Source of the DNA: Ostrea edulis
Taxonomy: Eukaryota
Assembly (NCBI RefSeq): GCF_947568905.1
Contig: NC_079172.1
Location: 50,406,001-50,470,000 of the forward strand
Reading direction: 5' to 3'
Length of the DNA: 64,000 nt
The position numbers were made by a program, and so were the translations under genes. The first letter of the stretch is position 1; each line of letters opens with the position of its first letter. The notes beneath the pieces were generated by a model, which did not search any database, had not been told where the DNA came from, and saw only the letters and a list, made by a program, of their open reading frames with translations. Of this stretch, positions 38,098 through 50,400 are shown piece by piece.

Positions 38098-38575
38098 TGA
38101 CGTGCTGTACATTGTGACGCAAACTCCCCGTCGAGGCCTCATTACGTCATCTACGAATATACCTCTCCTATGTGACGCACCACAATATACAGATTTGTAT
38201 ATTGTGAGTCCACGATTATCACGCAGACAAATTACACTAAAGAAGTAGTTCGCAGTTAAAAGTTTGAAGATAATAATATTAAGAGCATTAATATAAAAGT
38301 ATGGATTTTATTTTAAACATAAAATGATCAAAATATCATTAAAAAGTAAGGAGACTTTGTTCAAATTATTGTGTAAAGTAATGAACTTGATGTTTACGTT
38401 CTTGTTTTGAGAGTTGTTTACGTTTGACGTTATGTTTTTTCGTCATTCTACAGTGACGTCACAGTATACGCGGCCTAAGAAATCGCTATCCCATAATGCC
38501 TAAGTGGAAGAGTTTGGTTTGTGAGCAAACGAACTCTGGTGGAAGTTTGCATTGTGACGTTATAATTCGGTGACG
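38098..38575 (-). promoter_or_regulatory. CRE/ATF half-site cluster upstream of the orphan gene
   Basis: TGACG/CGTCA at 38098, 38115, 38145, 38173, 38425, 38441, 38454 (full TGACGTCA), 38555 and 38571. Function is inferred. Confidence 0.45.
38120..38549. mobile_element. 430-bp TIR insertion specific to copy 2
   Basis: Termini CAAACT...AGTTTG. Flanking duplication CATTGTGACG (38110-38119, 38550-38559; reads as an 8-bp TSD if the termini are GCAAACT..AGTTTGC). Absent from copy 1 at ~26545-26555. Confidence 0.75.
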
Positions 38576-38700
38576 TTCAAGAAATCGGATAATCTCTGAA
38601 AGATGAACATACACTTTCACCCCTTTCTTGCCCTGCTTTTCAATCACAAAGCACATCCTTAGTGTTATTTGTAATTACGGTAAATGTTTGATATCAACCT

Positions 38701-38770
38701 AGCCTGCAGTCCGAGGCCTTCCGATGTTCAAAGACTTCTTTGAACATCGGAAGGCCTCTGGTACCAGGCT
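38701..38770. other. 70-bp hairpin insertion (21-bp perfect stem, 4-nt loop, AGCCTG...CAGGCT ends)
   Basis: 38713-38733 is the exact reverse complement of 38738-38758. It replaces ~17 bp present in copy 1. Confidence 0.8.
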
Positions 38771-39747
38771 CATGAAAATGAAGTAATGACCATTGAAATT
38801 AAAAAAGAAAAAAAGGTACTAAATACTAAAGCAGCACACATAGCACATGGGCTTTCACCTCAATTGAGCTTTTAAAAAAAAAACGAGGGTCAAGGGTTTG
38901 TTCACGAACGCGCCATAGAACAAGTTTATTGATAAATTTTCATAAGAAATAAAGTATTTATATGAATACAAATTCAAATGGTTTATTGACTTTTAAAAAA
39001 CACGAGGCGTACATCATAATACATGTATTTAATTTTCTATAGGACTTGAAAGTGTGTTGTAAAGGGAGAAATTGGGTATCTAGTGTAGGGTTCTAGATAT
39101 CTAAAAACGCATTTGATTCAAGAACTGTCAGGTAAAATTAACGAAAACAAATGTTTGATATAATATAAAACCAATACAAAGTTTGCAAATGGTCTCAGTA
39201 AAGCATTTAAGAGATTTTTTTTTTCCGTGTTCGTATCTATGAAAACGCTAAAGGATCTCTTCTTCCCAAACATTCAACAGAACGATTAGAAATTATTCAA
39301 ACTGCCAAAAATGAAGTCAATAAAATTTCCGGCATCTAGACGATTATTTACGATGACTATTAAGACTGTTAGCTGTCGTAAAGAAGACGAGAAAGTGTTC
39401 ATTTCTTGAATTCAACCAAAAATAAATTGAGTTTCCACACTAAAAAAATTAACGTGATTTTTATTTATCGTTTTATAATACATGTATGTAGCTAGTCTAA
39501 TTGTAAAATAATGGGTTTTCAAAATTTTATAGCTAAGGCGGTATGAAAATTGAGCGAAAAGGCCGGTCAGGCTTACTAGGTACATGTACCTATCGAGAAT
39601 AAAGATGTACAAGGGCAATCAATTAATAGTGTAGCGATCTAAGTGAGCGGATCTCAGGATCTGGTTTTAATCAGATTGGTACAAGGGGCGGGTTCAGGAA
39701 TTGAAATTAGTGCACGTAGTTTTTTTTTACCCTGTCAGTCCGATTTT

Positions 39748-40300
39748 CAATGGCGGATTTAAGGGGGGTGCACCCCCCCCCCCTTAAATTAAAAAATGAA
39801 GATAAATTGTGGTCTCTTGTTTAGAAGAATGTAAACGATAAAAGAAGCCATAATTTCTTCCACTCTCGGAGAAATAAATGACAAAACCTTTTGATTTCTT
39901 GAATAACTTTTATTGAGAGAACTTGCATTTTTTTTTTAAACCCTTAAAATTTGTCATTTTATTAATTTCACCTTATTAAAAATGACAGAAAATATATGGT
40001 AAAAATGACTACGTAGCAGACATATTTCAAGCCATATAAAATCTGTAAAATCTAGGAGCTTTCGGGGGCTTCGCCCCCTGGGCTCCCACACAGGCACTCA
40101 ACGTTTTAAATATCTATAATAAAAAATTGTCTTCCTGTAAACAAGATATTATGTTTACAGGTAGATATTTTTTTTATTAGAGATATTTAAAACGTCGAGT
40201 GTCTGTGGGCTCCCACCAGGGCTTCGCCCCCCCCCCCCCCCCCACACACACCTCATAAACGTACGTGCGCCCCATACCGCATTTCCTGAATCCACCCCTG
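39748..40300. mobile_element. Probable hAT-like MITE
   Basis: Ends CAATGGCGGATTT / GAATCCACCCCTG are near-inverted CAGGGGCGGAT-type termini with G/C-run subterminal blocks. No clean TSD. Confidence 0.4.
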
Positions 40301-43300
40301 ATTTTGTTTGCCGAGTACTCGATAATCGCTCGAATAAAGCCTACGAGTATTCGACTAGGCTATGCGAGTAAAATTGCCACCCCTACTTTATACACACAAC
40401 AGTAATCAAACGCTTGACTGTTGTTCTTTAGTCCGTATTTTTTACACTATCACAGGTAATTAATCGTTAAGATGGCTGGCTGATGATACAGTATATAAAA
40501 AATACTACCCCTCTCCCGATTTAAAAAAAAATATTACACTAGATAAATGTTACCTTTCCATTGATTGGAATCTACTGGAATTTACCACTGAAATCACCTA
40601 TTTTTGTGCATAGAAACAGGGTCCCCCCCCCCCCCTCTCTCTCATGATGTGTACACAGAACTTACGTATCTATAGACAGACCTTGACGCAAAGACAAAAA
40701 CTGATGTAGATACTTCGATCTTTATAGCTGTTGCTTACAAATTTTTATAAATCACATCTCGTCAAAGCATTCGGCGAATAAAAAAAGTATCCCCCCTTCT
40801 CTAAATTATGTTTACACTTAACAAAGTATATGATACAGAGAGAAAATTTTAGATGTGAATGTAAGGGGCAAATTTACGTCAAGTTAAACTAAATTTATGG
40901 TAGTGATATTTCTTAAGTTTCCCTTTATGCATGCTGTATAAATAGGAAGTTGCACACGCATGAAATGTGCGTGTGTTGACTTGAATAGTATACAAGGGGT
41001 GAATATAACTTGCAAGTAATGTACAGGAAATAATTGGAGATATTTATAAAAAAAGAAGAAGAAAAAAAAGACCAAGTAAAAAGTGATTATATAGGAATAA
41101 AGGCACACTTAATTATCAATGGCCGCCAAGAGGCGGACGATATGTGTTATGGATTTAGAAAGACGACTGTGGTTTACAGCGGGTCTACATTTTAAAATAA
41201 GATACTTAATTATATATATACAAAACCATCATTGTAATTTAATTATTCATAAATTGAATTACGGTATATACATAAATTTAATTATGATGTTGGTGATTAA
41301 CGTGATTTTATACCCCCCCCCCTTGCGAATCTGATTAGAACCGTGAATAACGAAAGAAAACTATTTAAATACTGTCCAAAATATCACCCATTTCAGAAAG
41401 ATCAACGCTTTCCACGTCTGTTTATTTTCCCACTGAAAGAGAGAATTTGACTCTATAGTTTTATTTCGAGTAATCAGATTTGTAGTATATCCCTTTGTTA
41501 CACGCAAATAATTTATTAATTTCCCCCTCTACTCATTCATTCATTCATACCTTACTTTTGAAAAATAATATTTATTAAGTAAAAATTGAAATAACTATTT
41601 CTTATAGTTAAATACATAGTTCTAGATTGCACAATGAAAGGGAGATGACTCAGAAATCCGTTTTATCCGATCAAGTAAATTTAGTCATGCTGGTTGGACC
41701 GTTGATAAAAATTAATGATAATATTACCCAATTTTATTATTTATACCAGTTTTATGACTCATTTCATATTTAAATAAATTTACACTGTCCATTTTTAATC
41801 ATATGTCGTATGCTTGAAATCACGTTTAAACGAGATTATGTCATTATACATCTTGTACCGTAGTCGCAGCAGTGAAGTTCGATGCATAGGACATCGAATC
41901 CAAAAATTTTAATTTTAAAAGATCTTGCAAATGATTTGAAGAACTTTAAAGCGTATGAAAGTTAGTGTGTCATATTGAATTCCCAAAGGTAAATGAGCTT
42001 TGCTGTAAGTAACTTCTCTATAAGAAAGTTGTAATAGTCGGCCATGTTAATATGGATCCGGTATTTCCTATACCAAAATAAACGCAATTGTCAAATATAG
42101 AAAACCATAATTGGCATCTGAGTACATATAGAATAATCTGGAATATATTTTTTGTATGGAAAGTGTATTACTGTCAAGAAATCAACGACTTTCTTTACAA
42201 TACGGTTTACGTTTTCAGTCTCCAAGGTTGTTTTGAAGAAGTTTCGGATGAGTAGTTGATTGTCATGTAGAACAGTTGTTGACAATTGCGTTTACTCTCA
42301 ATACAATGCCAGTTTAGATATTAGGTTGTATTTGTGTTAGGACAGTAGAAGTACAATATAGCATTGCAGGTAAGCCATGATGCACTGAATTTATATGCAC
42401 TATGTATACATAACTGTGTGCAAGCGTTGCCTCTGTTAGAGACTTTTGAACGCTCTGCAGATGACAGGCATGTTAAATGCTGATTTTAAGGGTGGATTTT
42501 TTTTTACCTCCTTTATAGTGCACTGAAGATTAATGTGTCAGATGGGTGTATGTTCAACATGTCCTGTCCTTGCGCATACTTCTAGTCACAACAACATAGT
42601 ATGATATGGCTAAAATATTTAAATAGTTTCAAAATTTGAAATTGAATTAGCAGTAGTTAATTAACTTGTTTAAAAATCCTGGTGTGGTTGAAGTTTGAAA
42701 CCATGGGATATTACTGGTATTCAACAGGGACTTGAACAAAAACAACAAGAAAACAGTGGATTTAGGTCTGATTATTGGGACTTATCTGCAAACCTGTCCA
42801 ATTTTAAAAGGGTTTGGGAAAGACTACATTTTGTAATGGAAGGATTCTTCAATTTCCCCAAAAAAATCTAAATTTGCACGATTTTACATGTTTTATGCAA
42901 CATATCATCAATAACCCCATACCCCTAGGCATGTATTTTATGATACAAGCAGTAAAGACTTTGAACTACTTTCAAATTTTGTAAATTCATTAATTTGATA
43001 TACATGTTTTTGTAAATAGAATGTAAATTCTTTAAAACATTTACAGTGAAACTTCTCTGAACTGGCCAGCTCTCGAACCAACCAACCCCCCAATCTCTCA
43101 AAAAAAAACCCAACCCAAACCAACCGGACGGTTTAGAGGGATGGCCAGTTTATCAGGAACTTGCATTTAGAGATATTTTATCTCAATATTCTCATTAGAT
43201 ATTTCTTCTTCATACCACAAACCATATAATATAGTGTTCAAGGACTTATTTCACTCTTGGGAATAAAATAAAAGACTAACGTGTTTATTTCCAACATAAG

Positions 43301-44463
43301 CCATATGATTGTTGCAATTCATACACAAAGTAGGTACTCTTCCCTTTGATCTGGTGATCTAGTTAATTGTCGGTGGAGATTAAATTAATCCGCTTGTACC
43401 AGAAATATTCTCGCTTAAATCATAAAGTTTTGAATTGAAAATCTAATACAGAATACATTATTGGCATTCTTCTTACTATAAAAACTCTGTTAATGTCCAT
43501 TGCTTAGGTCTTTAGCAAATTTATTTTGACATTTGTGGAAAGTACAGTAGTAGATATGAAATTGTAATTTGGATATTTCTTAGAAATTTTAAATCTCTGG
43601 AAACCAAGAAAATTAATTTAACTTATCTTTTGATAATTATCATTAACAGTCATGGGTTTGTTCTTAATTCACTTCCCCTTATATTTATATGATAGTATGG
43701 TGCAACAACACATCCATATGATGAATTTTTCAATATATTATTAAGTGCAAAAGGTCTACTAGTATTGAACTTCTTTGTATCTATATTGCTACAAGACATG
43801 AGTGGGTATTTGTTGTGATGATTGAACACTCTATACTTGAAAACAAGCACTATGGCATCAGTTTAAAGTTTCATAATTCTCTTTCAATAATATACTTCCC
43901 GAAAAATTGACAGTGCTATAAAATTCAGGAGCAAACTTCTTTAAAAGCATTTTAGCGAGTGTGAATATATCCTTGACCTTCAAGGTGTACGCCTTCGATG
44001 TTTTTGAAAATAAACATAGTGAAGCGAACAGGGAAGAAATTATGGAGAGAAACACACTAAGCACAAGAAATATGAGGGGAAGAGGAAAACACTTGTTGAA
44101 TTTGAAATTGAAGCAGAATAGAATGATGGAACATAGATTTTGATTTTTTTTTTAATTTCCTGGGCTATTAAAAATTTCATTGTGCTACTAAAAGTGTCAA
44201 ATCCATTAGCCCTAATGCTAGTTGGTCAGAATTTTTTTTTGTGAAGACTGGTTAAGTACTCGGGGTGAAAGTATTTTTCTTATGTTCCTACTTTTTGTGA
44301 TACCATAGTATATCGCCCATGTTTTTTTATCAACAAATACAAAAACATTTTTTAGGGAGAAAATTGGAATAAAGTACCTCATTAAGGGTTTAATTGTTTA
44401 CATTTCACCATATCAACCAGCTGACACTGCATTCATGTTTATTACAGATTTGGTCAAGTGACC

Positions 44464-47400
44464 ATGACAATTGTAATGAAAGGGGGTCAATCTGGGGGAG
44501 ATGCCCCTCAAGACACTCCATCACACCAAGGAACAAGCCAGGTTTCCCCCTCAGCCTCCCAGAGCACTGCTGGACCGCAGACAACTGCAGCACAGATGAT
44601 GGCAGAAGAAGTAGCTCCAGCAGATGTGTCCATTGATTTGGTGGAATTAAGAGATGACCAAGAGCCAGACTTTCCTGTGGTAGAGTTGGGACGACTGGAT
44701 GAAATGATTAATAGACCTAGATGGGTGGTTCCTGTACTGCCAAAGGGAGAACTAGAGGTTTTATTGGACACTACCATTAAGCTCTGTAAAGAAGGTATAT
44801 CAACAGTTACATACTCAAAGACTTTGTTTGAATCAATAATGCATGTATTTATATTCCATTGTGATTTAGTTTTGAAAAACTGAAAATATGTTGGGGGGGA
44901 TTCATTTGACAATAATTCACAATGACATCACAATTTGTACTAAACAGTAATGTTGACACACTGCCAATTCAATCAATTACATCAACGAAAGAATCCTAGC
45001 TATTCTATGGTTTTAATTTGTTGACAGAGAAGCACAGAAAAGTCTGAAAATGGGATATTACATCTAAATTGAATGTGAATAGAAGTATTGAATATTATTT
45101 TTTAACATCTTTTGTGCTGAGACTGCAGATTTGTTTTGTTCTTTTATCCATTATACATGTACGTCCCTTTGAAAATATTTCACTCTTATTGAGACATCAC
45201 AAGCTGTAGGTAAAGTAACACAAATTTAGACCCATGCTTGGGGCAGAGACAGTACCATAGGCCTGCTGCAATATGGGACTTCCATTTTTAAGTCATATCT
45301 GAAAGACCTGTGACTCTCACTTCTAAATGACGAGCTTTTGGTGATAGAGCAATCGCTACCTAATTTTACTTAAGGTTTGACACAGCCATGACAGGAGTGG
45401 GGCTCATACTCCCGACCTTCCGGTCACAAGCGTCTTCTAATAACTGAGCTAAATTGATTTTTCAATTGCAGACGGGCTCAAAATAATTGATGGTCTAGGG
45501 CCAGGCCAGTAAATTATGGTTTTGGACTAGCGCTTTTTAAAGAGCATGTGCCTTTGGGACTAGTTAATTTGAATACTAATCAAAATTCCTCAATGATCAG
45601 GCTAATGAATTAGGTGTGTGTGCATCCAGGTTTTTATAGGATGCAAAATAATTTTTTGATATCACTTTTGTTAAGTTGTACTGTGAAATAACATTATGTA
45701 ATTTATAAATTCATGAATATTTCTAAGAACAAGTTGTCCTAAGTGAAGTATTGCTAAGAATGTCTTCATGTTTCTGATGTCTAATTGTGTAATCCCATGA
45801 CACTTTCCACAAACAACAAATACAAAGATGACACCAACTTTTGTCTAAGTTTACATAAAAAACATGGATTAGAATAGTAAGATTACGATGTTTTTAAAAC
45901 CCGCATGTGATGCTAGTTTGAATAAACAAAAGATTAATCATGAGAGTATTTCATTATTATTCAATTATGGAATTTGGGCCCGTCATTTTCATATCCACTG
46001 GTCCACGTGACAGTAAATAAAGTTCTCAATTGAGAAGAAAAAATTTGATTTGATAGCCTTTGATAGACCAGTGAATAAAAATAGTTATTTTTAGCCCTGA
46101 TGGCGCAAGTAGGTGTTGCAATTTTATTTATGGTTTTTGTCTTTAACAGGTTTAGATACAAGAAGTGAACCTTGCCAAAGATTCTTTAGAGAAGGATTAA
46201 CAATATCATTCACAAAAATAATGACTGATGAGGCAGTTAGTGGCTGGAAGTATGAAATCCATGTAAGTACATCTGTGGTGATATGAACTAAACTGAATTT
46301 CTATATATACTGCAATTCTTGAGTGTGTATTGTAATGTACAGTACCAACCAGACACTGCCTAATGTCATAGCAGGTGCAGAAAGCAGTCTCCATTACTCG
46401 CTTTGTCTGCCATGTTCAGTTAGTCTCCATTACTCGCTTTGTCTGCCATGTTCAGGCAGGTTTAACTGCATTTACTACTTAATCATTTTAATTCTTGGAG
46501 TTCACAAAACTGTTGGAAAAAGTCTTCAGTCATAGCTGACAATAATATTACATGTTGTGACTAATGTAAATTGGTATATAATTTGATGTTGTTTGTGTTA
46601 GGTTGTGAATAAAGACTTTCTGACAATTTTGTAAATTCCAAGAATTAGAATGATTTCAGAATCCAATAATACACTGTTATAATTTAAAGACCTACACTCA
46701 ATGCAGATAGCCTGTGTCACTAGTCTAGATACATGTATATCACGATATTGGTTTTGACAATGCATTTACTGCAGGGCTGTCGCTACAGGTTTTGGGACAG
46801 GGTCCTTATCCTTAGGATTGGGAAATTCATCACATTTTGTTCAGATTGGGAATTTTTTAGTTATAGCTTAGATTCACCCTGGCTTTTGTTTTGATTAAAG
46901 AGTTTTTGTATTTTTTTTTTTAAAGTAAACACCAAGACAGACTGTCACTCAGTTACATTCATTGAGTAAACTCAGGTGACCTATTGCAATACGCAATTTC
47001 CGAGTTGCCCAATAGTTCTTTCCCTTTGTGGAACTCTTATGCACAGTGAGACGCAAAACATACTATCGTCCACATGCGGTGGTACAAATGCTTATCGCTG
47101 CCTTCATATATTGCCTTAAGACCGATTATCAGACATCATGCAACCACCCAATCTGCAGGGACACACAATATTAGTAAGTTTATTAGTATTTAATAATAAA
47201 TTAGCTCCAACAAAAATCGATAATCACAGTTTTTCTTTGATTAAAATACCACTCGTGCAGAGGAGGAAATAAAAAATAAGTTCATATTTAATTTAATGGC
47301 CTAATTCAAACAAATATCATTCTTGATATGGTCAGTTTAATGTATACCAATGGCTGATATAAACAAAATTTACACTTTCATTACTTTTATCCGTATTGAC

Positions 47401-50400
47401 ATACATGTAGCTAGTCTATAGTATATGTATACATCTTGTACCCACCTAAGCGTCCAACAGAACACTGAATGTACCTCCATCACAGAAGAGCTGATATCTC
47501 GGAAGTTGCGTATTGGCTGTTGTCATGCGTTAACAATTGAACATTCTTAACTTCTTCTTGGGGTTTGTGTGTAAAACACTTAAATACATCTTCTTTAGTG
47601 CTATTGATACTAAATTGAAACTAAATGGATATTTAGAAAGAACAGGTAGTCCTTTACCAAAATTGTGAATTTGATGATCCGAGGGATTGGTTTTGGTATT
47701 GGGGTGGGGCCAAAATGGTCACTTATTAGATGTGTGAACAATAGAAATTTTGAACTTCTTGATAACTACCATTCCAATTCTTTTCAAATTTGGTATGAAG
47801 CGTTTTTTTAACAAGGGGGACATAAATTGTAAATTTCAGGATTCTGCACCCCTGGGACTTTAGGGGCGGGGCAAAAATTGACCCAATTTTCAAAACTTCT
47901 CTAGAACCACACATGTTTAAGAAAAACTAAATGCATAGTGATGTAGAGCAAGAAGACCTCTACTAAAAATTTTAATTTCATGATACCCGTAGTAGGGTTT
48001 CTGATCCCAGGGTGGGGCCAAACTTACTATATAGTGTCTATGTGTGGAAACAAATCACATCTTCTTTAGTGTTATTGATACTAAATTAAAACTAAATGGA
48101 TATCTAGAAAGAGCAGGTAGTCCTTTACAAAAATTGTAAATTTGATGATAGGGTTTTGACCCCAGGGTGGGCCCAAACTTAGTATATAGTACTTATGTGT
48201 AAGTTTGCTGATACTGATAAAATCTAAATGCATACTTAGCAATAGCAGAAAAGGATGTACTAAAAATAGTGAATTTCACAACCCAGGGTTTTGACTCTAG
48301 GATGGGTGCAATTAGTCATATCTTTTAATGTTTTAATGTTAATACACCTATTATATTATGTAAAGCCTTTCATCAGTGCATGCACTTTTGAGGACAGTGA
48401 AGTTTTAAGAACACATCTTGATTTATACTGTTCCTGAACATTAGAATTTAGCTTAGATATTCAGAACAGGAAATTTTTTCTAGATTTCATAGCCCTTTGG
48501 AGTAGTGATACTTTTTCACTAGTACTCATGTGACCGATAAGGCCTGTGGACCTTTTGTTAAAGAACACAGGAAGGAAGTTCATTTTGTAATTTCTCAGTA
48601 TGAGCAAGTGGACTTAAGTGAAGGTCAATATGTGGTTTTTTTTATTTTAGCGATGTATACTGAAAAACGCAGAAAAGCTGATTGAATTGGTTGTCACAAA
48701 ACTGTCTCAAGACTGGTTTCCTTTACTGGAACTGTTAGCTATGGTTTTGAATCCACATTGCAAGTAAGCAAAATTCAATATTTATTGTTAAATTTTACAT
48801 ATATTTTCTTATCTTACTGTCATATGAATGAATTTTTCCATAACCTTTTGTTTTATAAGGTTTCATATATACAATGGAAGCCGCACATCAGAAAGTGTTC
48901 AGGCTGGTACTGAAAATGTGGAGGGTGTGTGTGCTCTTCCCCCTGATCCTAGGAATCCTAAAGTAAGTGTTTATTTACTTCATTTAAGATAATCTAATGC
49001 ATTCCAGGGGGTGTACAATTCAAAAAAATCTCTTGATTTCTTGAAACTTTCAATCTGTGTAATATAAGTTCCATCAATCTGTGTCATATAAGTCCCATCA
49101 ATCTGTGTAATATAAGTCCCATCAATCTGCATAATATACACTGTAAGTCCCATCAATCTGTATAGATTGTATAATATAAGTCCCATCAATCTGTATAATA
49201 TAAGTCCCATCAATCTGTATAATATAAGTCCCATCAATCTGTGTAATATAACTCCCATCAATCTGTGTAATATAAGTTCCATCAATCTGTGTAATATAAG
49301 TCCCATCAATCTGTGTAATATAAGTCCCATCAATCTGTATAACTCCCATTAATCTGTGTAATATAAGTCCCATTATATGAAATCATTTAAAATTTACTGT
49401 ACATACTTGGAAGTGCTAATGTGGTAAATACAAGAAGGTAGTCGTCTGTGACCAAATCATTACCACAGGGACCAAATCTGAGAGATGAAAACTTGGCTTG
49501 AGAGCTTAGTAGGGTCTATCTAGCAATGACATACCACTAGTTAATCCAACCTGGGAAGTAATTAGCCTGCCAAGTGATTGACTTCAATTATCAATTAAAC
49601 TAATTAAATTTTCAAAGTTGATAATTATAGACACAACACTCATTTTTATACCTATTTATTGCTGCAAAAGAAATAAAAAGAATATCAAAACAAAAACAAA
49701 TAATATTTGGTTTCTTTAATAATATTTCAGATGAAATGAATTTTGAAGATTAAGTATATAACTTGGAAAATAGTAAAACAAAATTAATAATTTTACCACA
49801 CTTGCGTGATGTAAACAGAGTTATATCTGTGCAGATTTCTGGACTCTCTTTAAAAATTCAAACCCTTGATCTCTCGAAGATTCATTGTGGTCCTGTGGAT
49901 TTAGAGTTTACGATAGTCACTTGTTTTTATAGCACAGGCAGGAATGTATAATGTATATTTGCTCAGACTTTGTTCATTATTTTATCAAAACATTGCAGGG
50001 ATGGCTGGTGGACCTGGTAAATAAGTTTGGAAAGTTGGGTGGATTTCAGATTTTGCTGGACAGATTTAAAGATGGTCCTCAGCTCTCTGTGCCAGTTGTA
50101 GCAGCATTAATTAAGTAAGTTTACCGAAAAAGAGATTTCTTAAAATGCCAATGTTCAGAGGTTGCAAAGGATATGTAAAGTTTTAATGACAGAATTCCCG
50201 TGTTCGATTGAGTGAAATGATGCATGTCTTTTTCAGACCATTTGGTCAGTGTGCTGAGGTTCTCACTCCCCAGACCGTGGAACAATACTTCTTACCTATT
50301 GTTGTAAGTACTTATCTTCATATTTTTAGGTCACCAGAGGTACTCTTATGTATTTGGAGATTTTTGCATCCAGTAGTTTTTGAACAAGTTAACAAAATCC

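Larger units (their letters stand above)
36610..39709. repeat. Segmental duplication, copy 2 (paralogous to ~23752-30662)
   Basis: See copy 1. The left edge abuts the truncated 5' end of the LINE. Confidence 0.9.

Noticed and set aside
41100-42375. Candidate USP9X promoter and 5' UTR exons (ATGGCCGCC at ~41119; donors AAG|GTAAAT ~41988 and CAG|GTAAGC 42369)
   Set aside because: Plausible, but acceptors and TSS cannot be fixed without transcript data.
48980-49373. Repetitive ORFs ([16 protein letters not shown])
   Set aside because: They are translations of a 24-bp intronic minisatellite.
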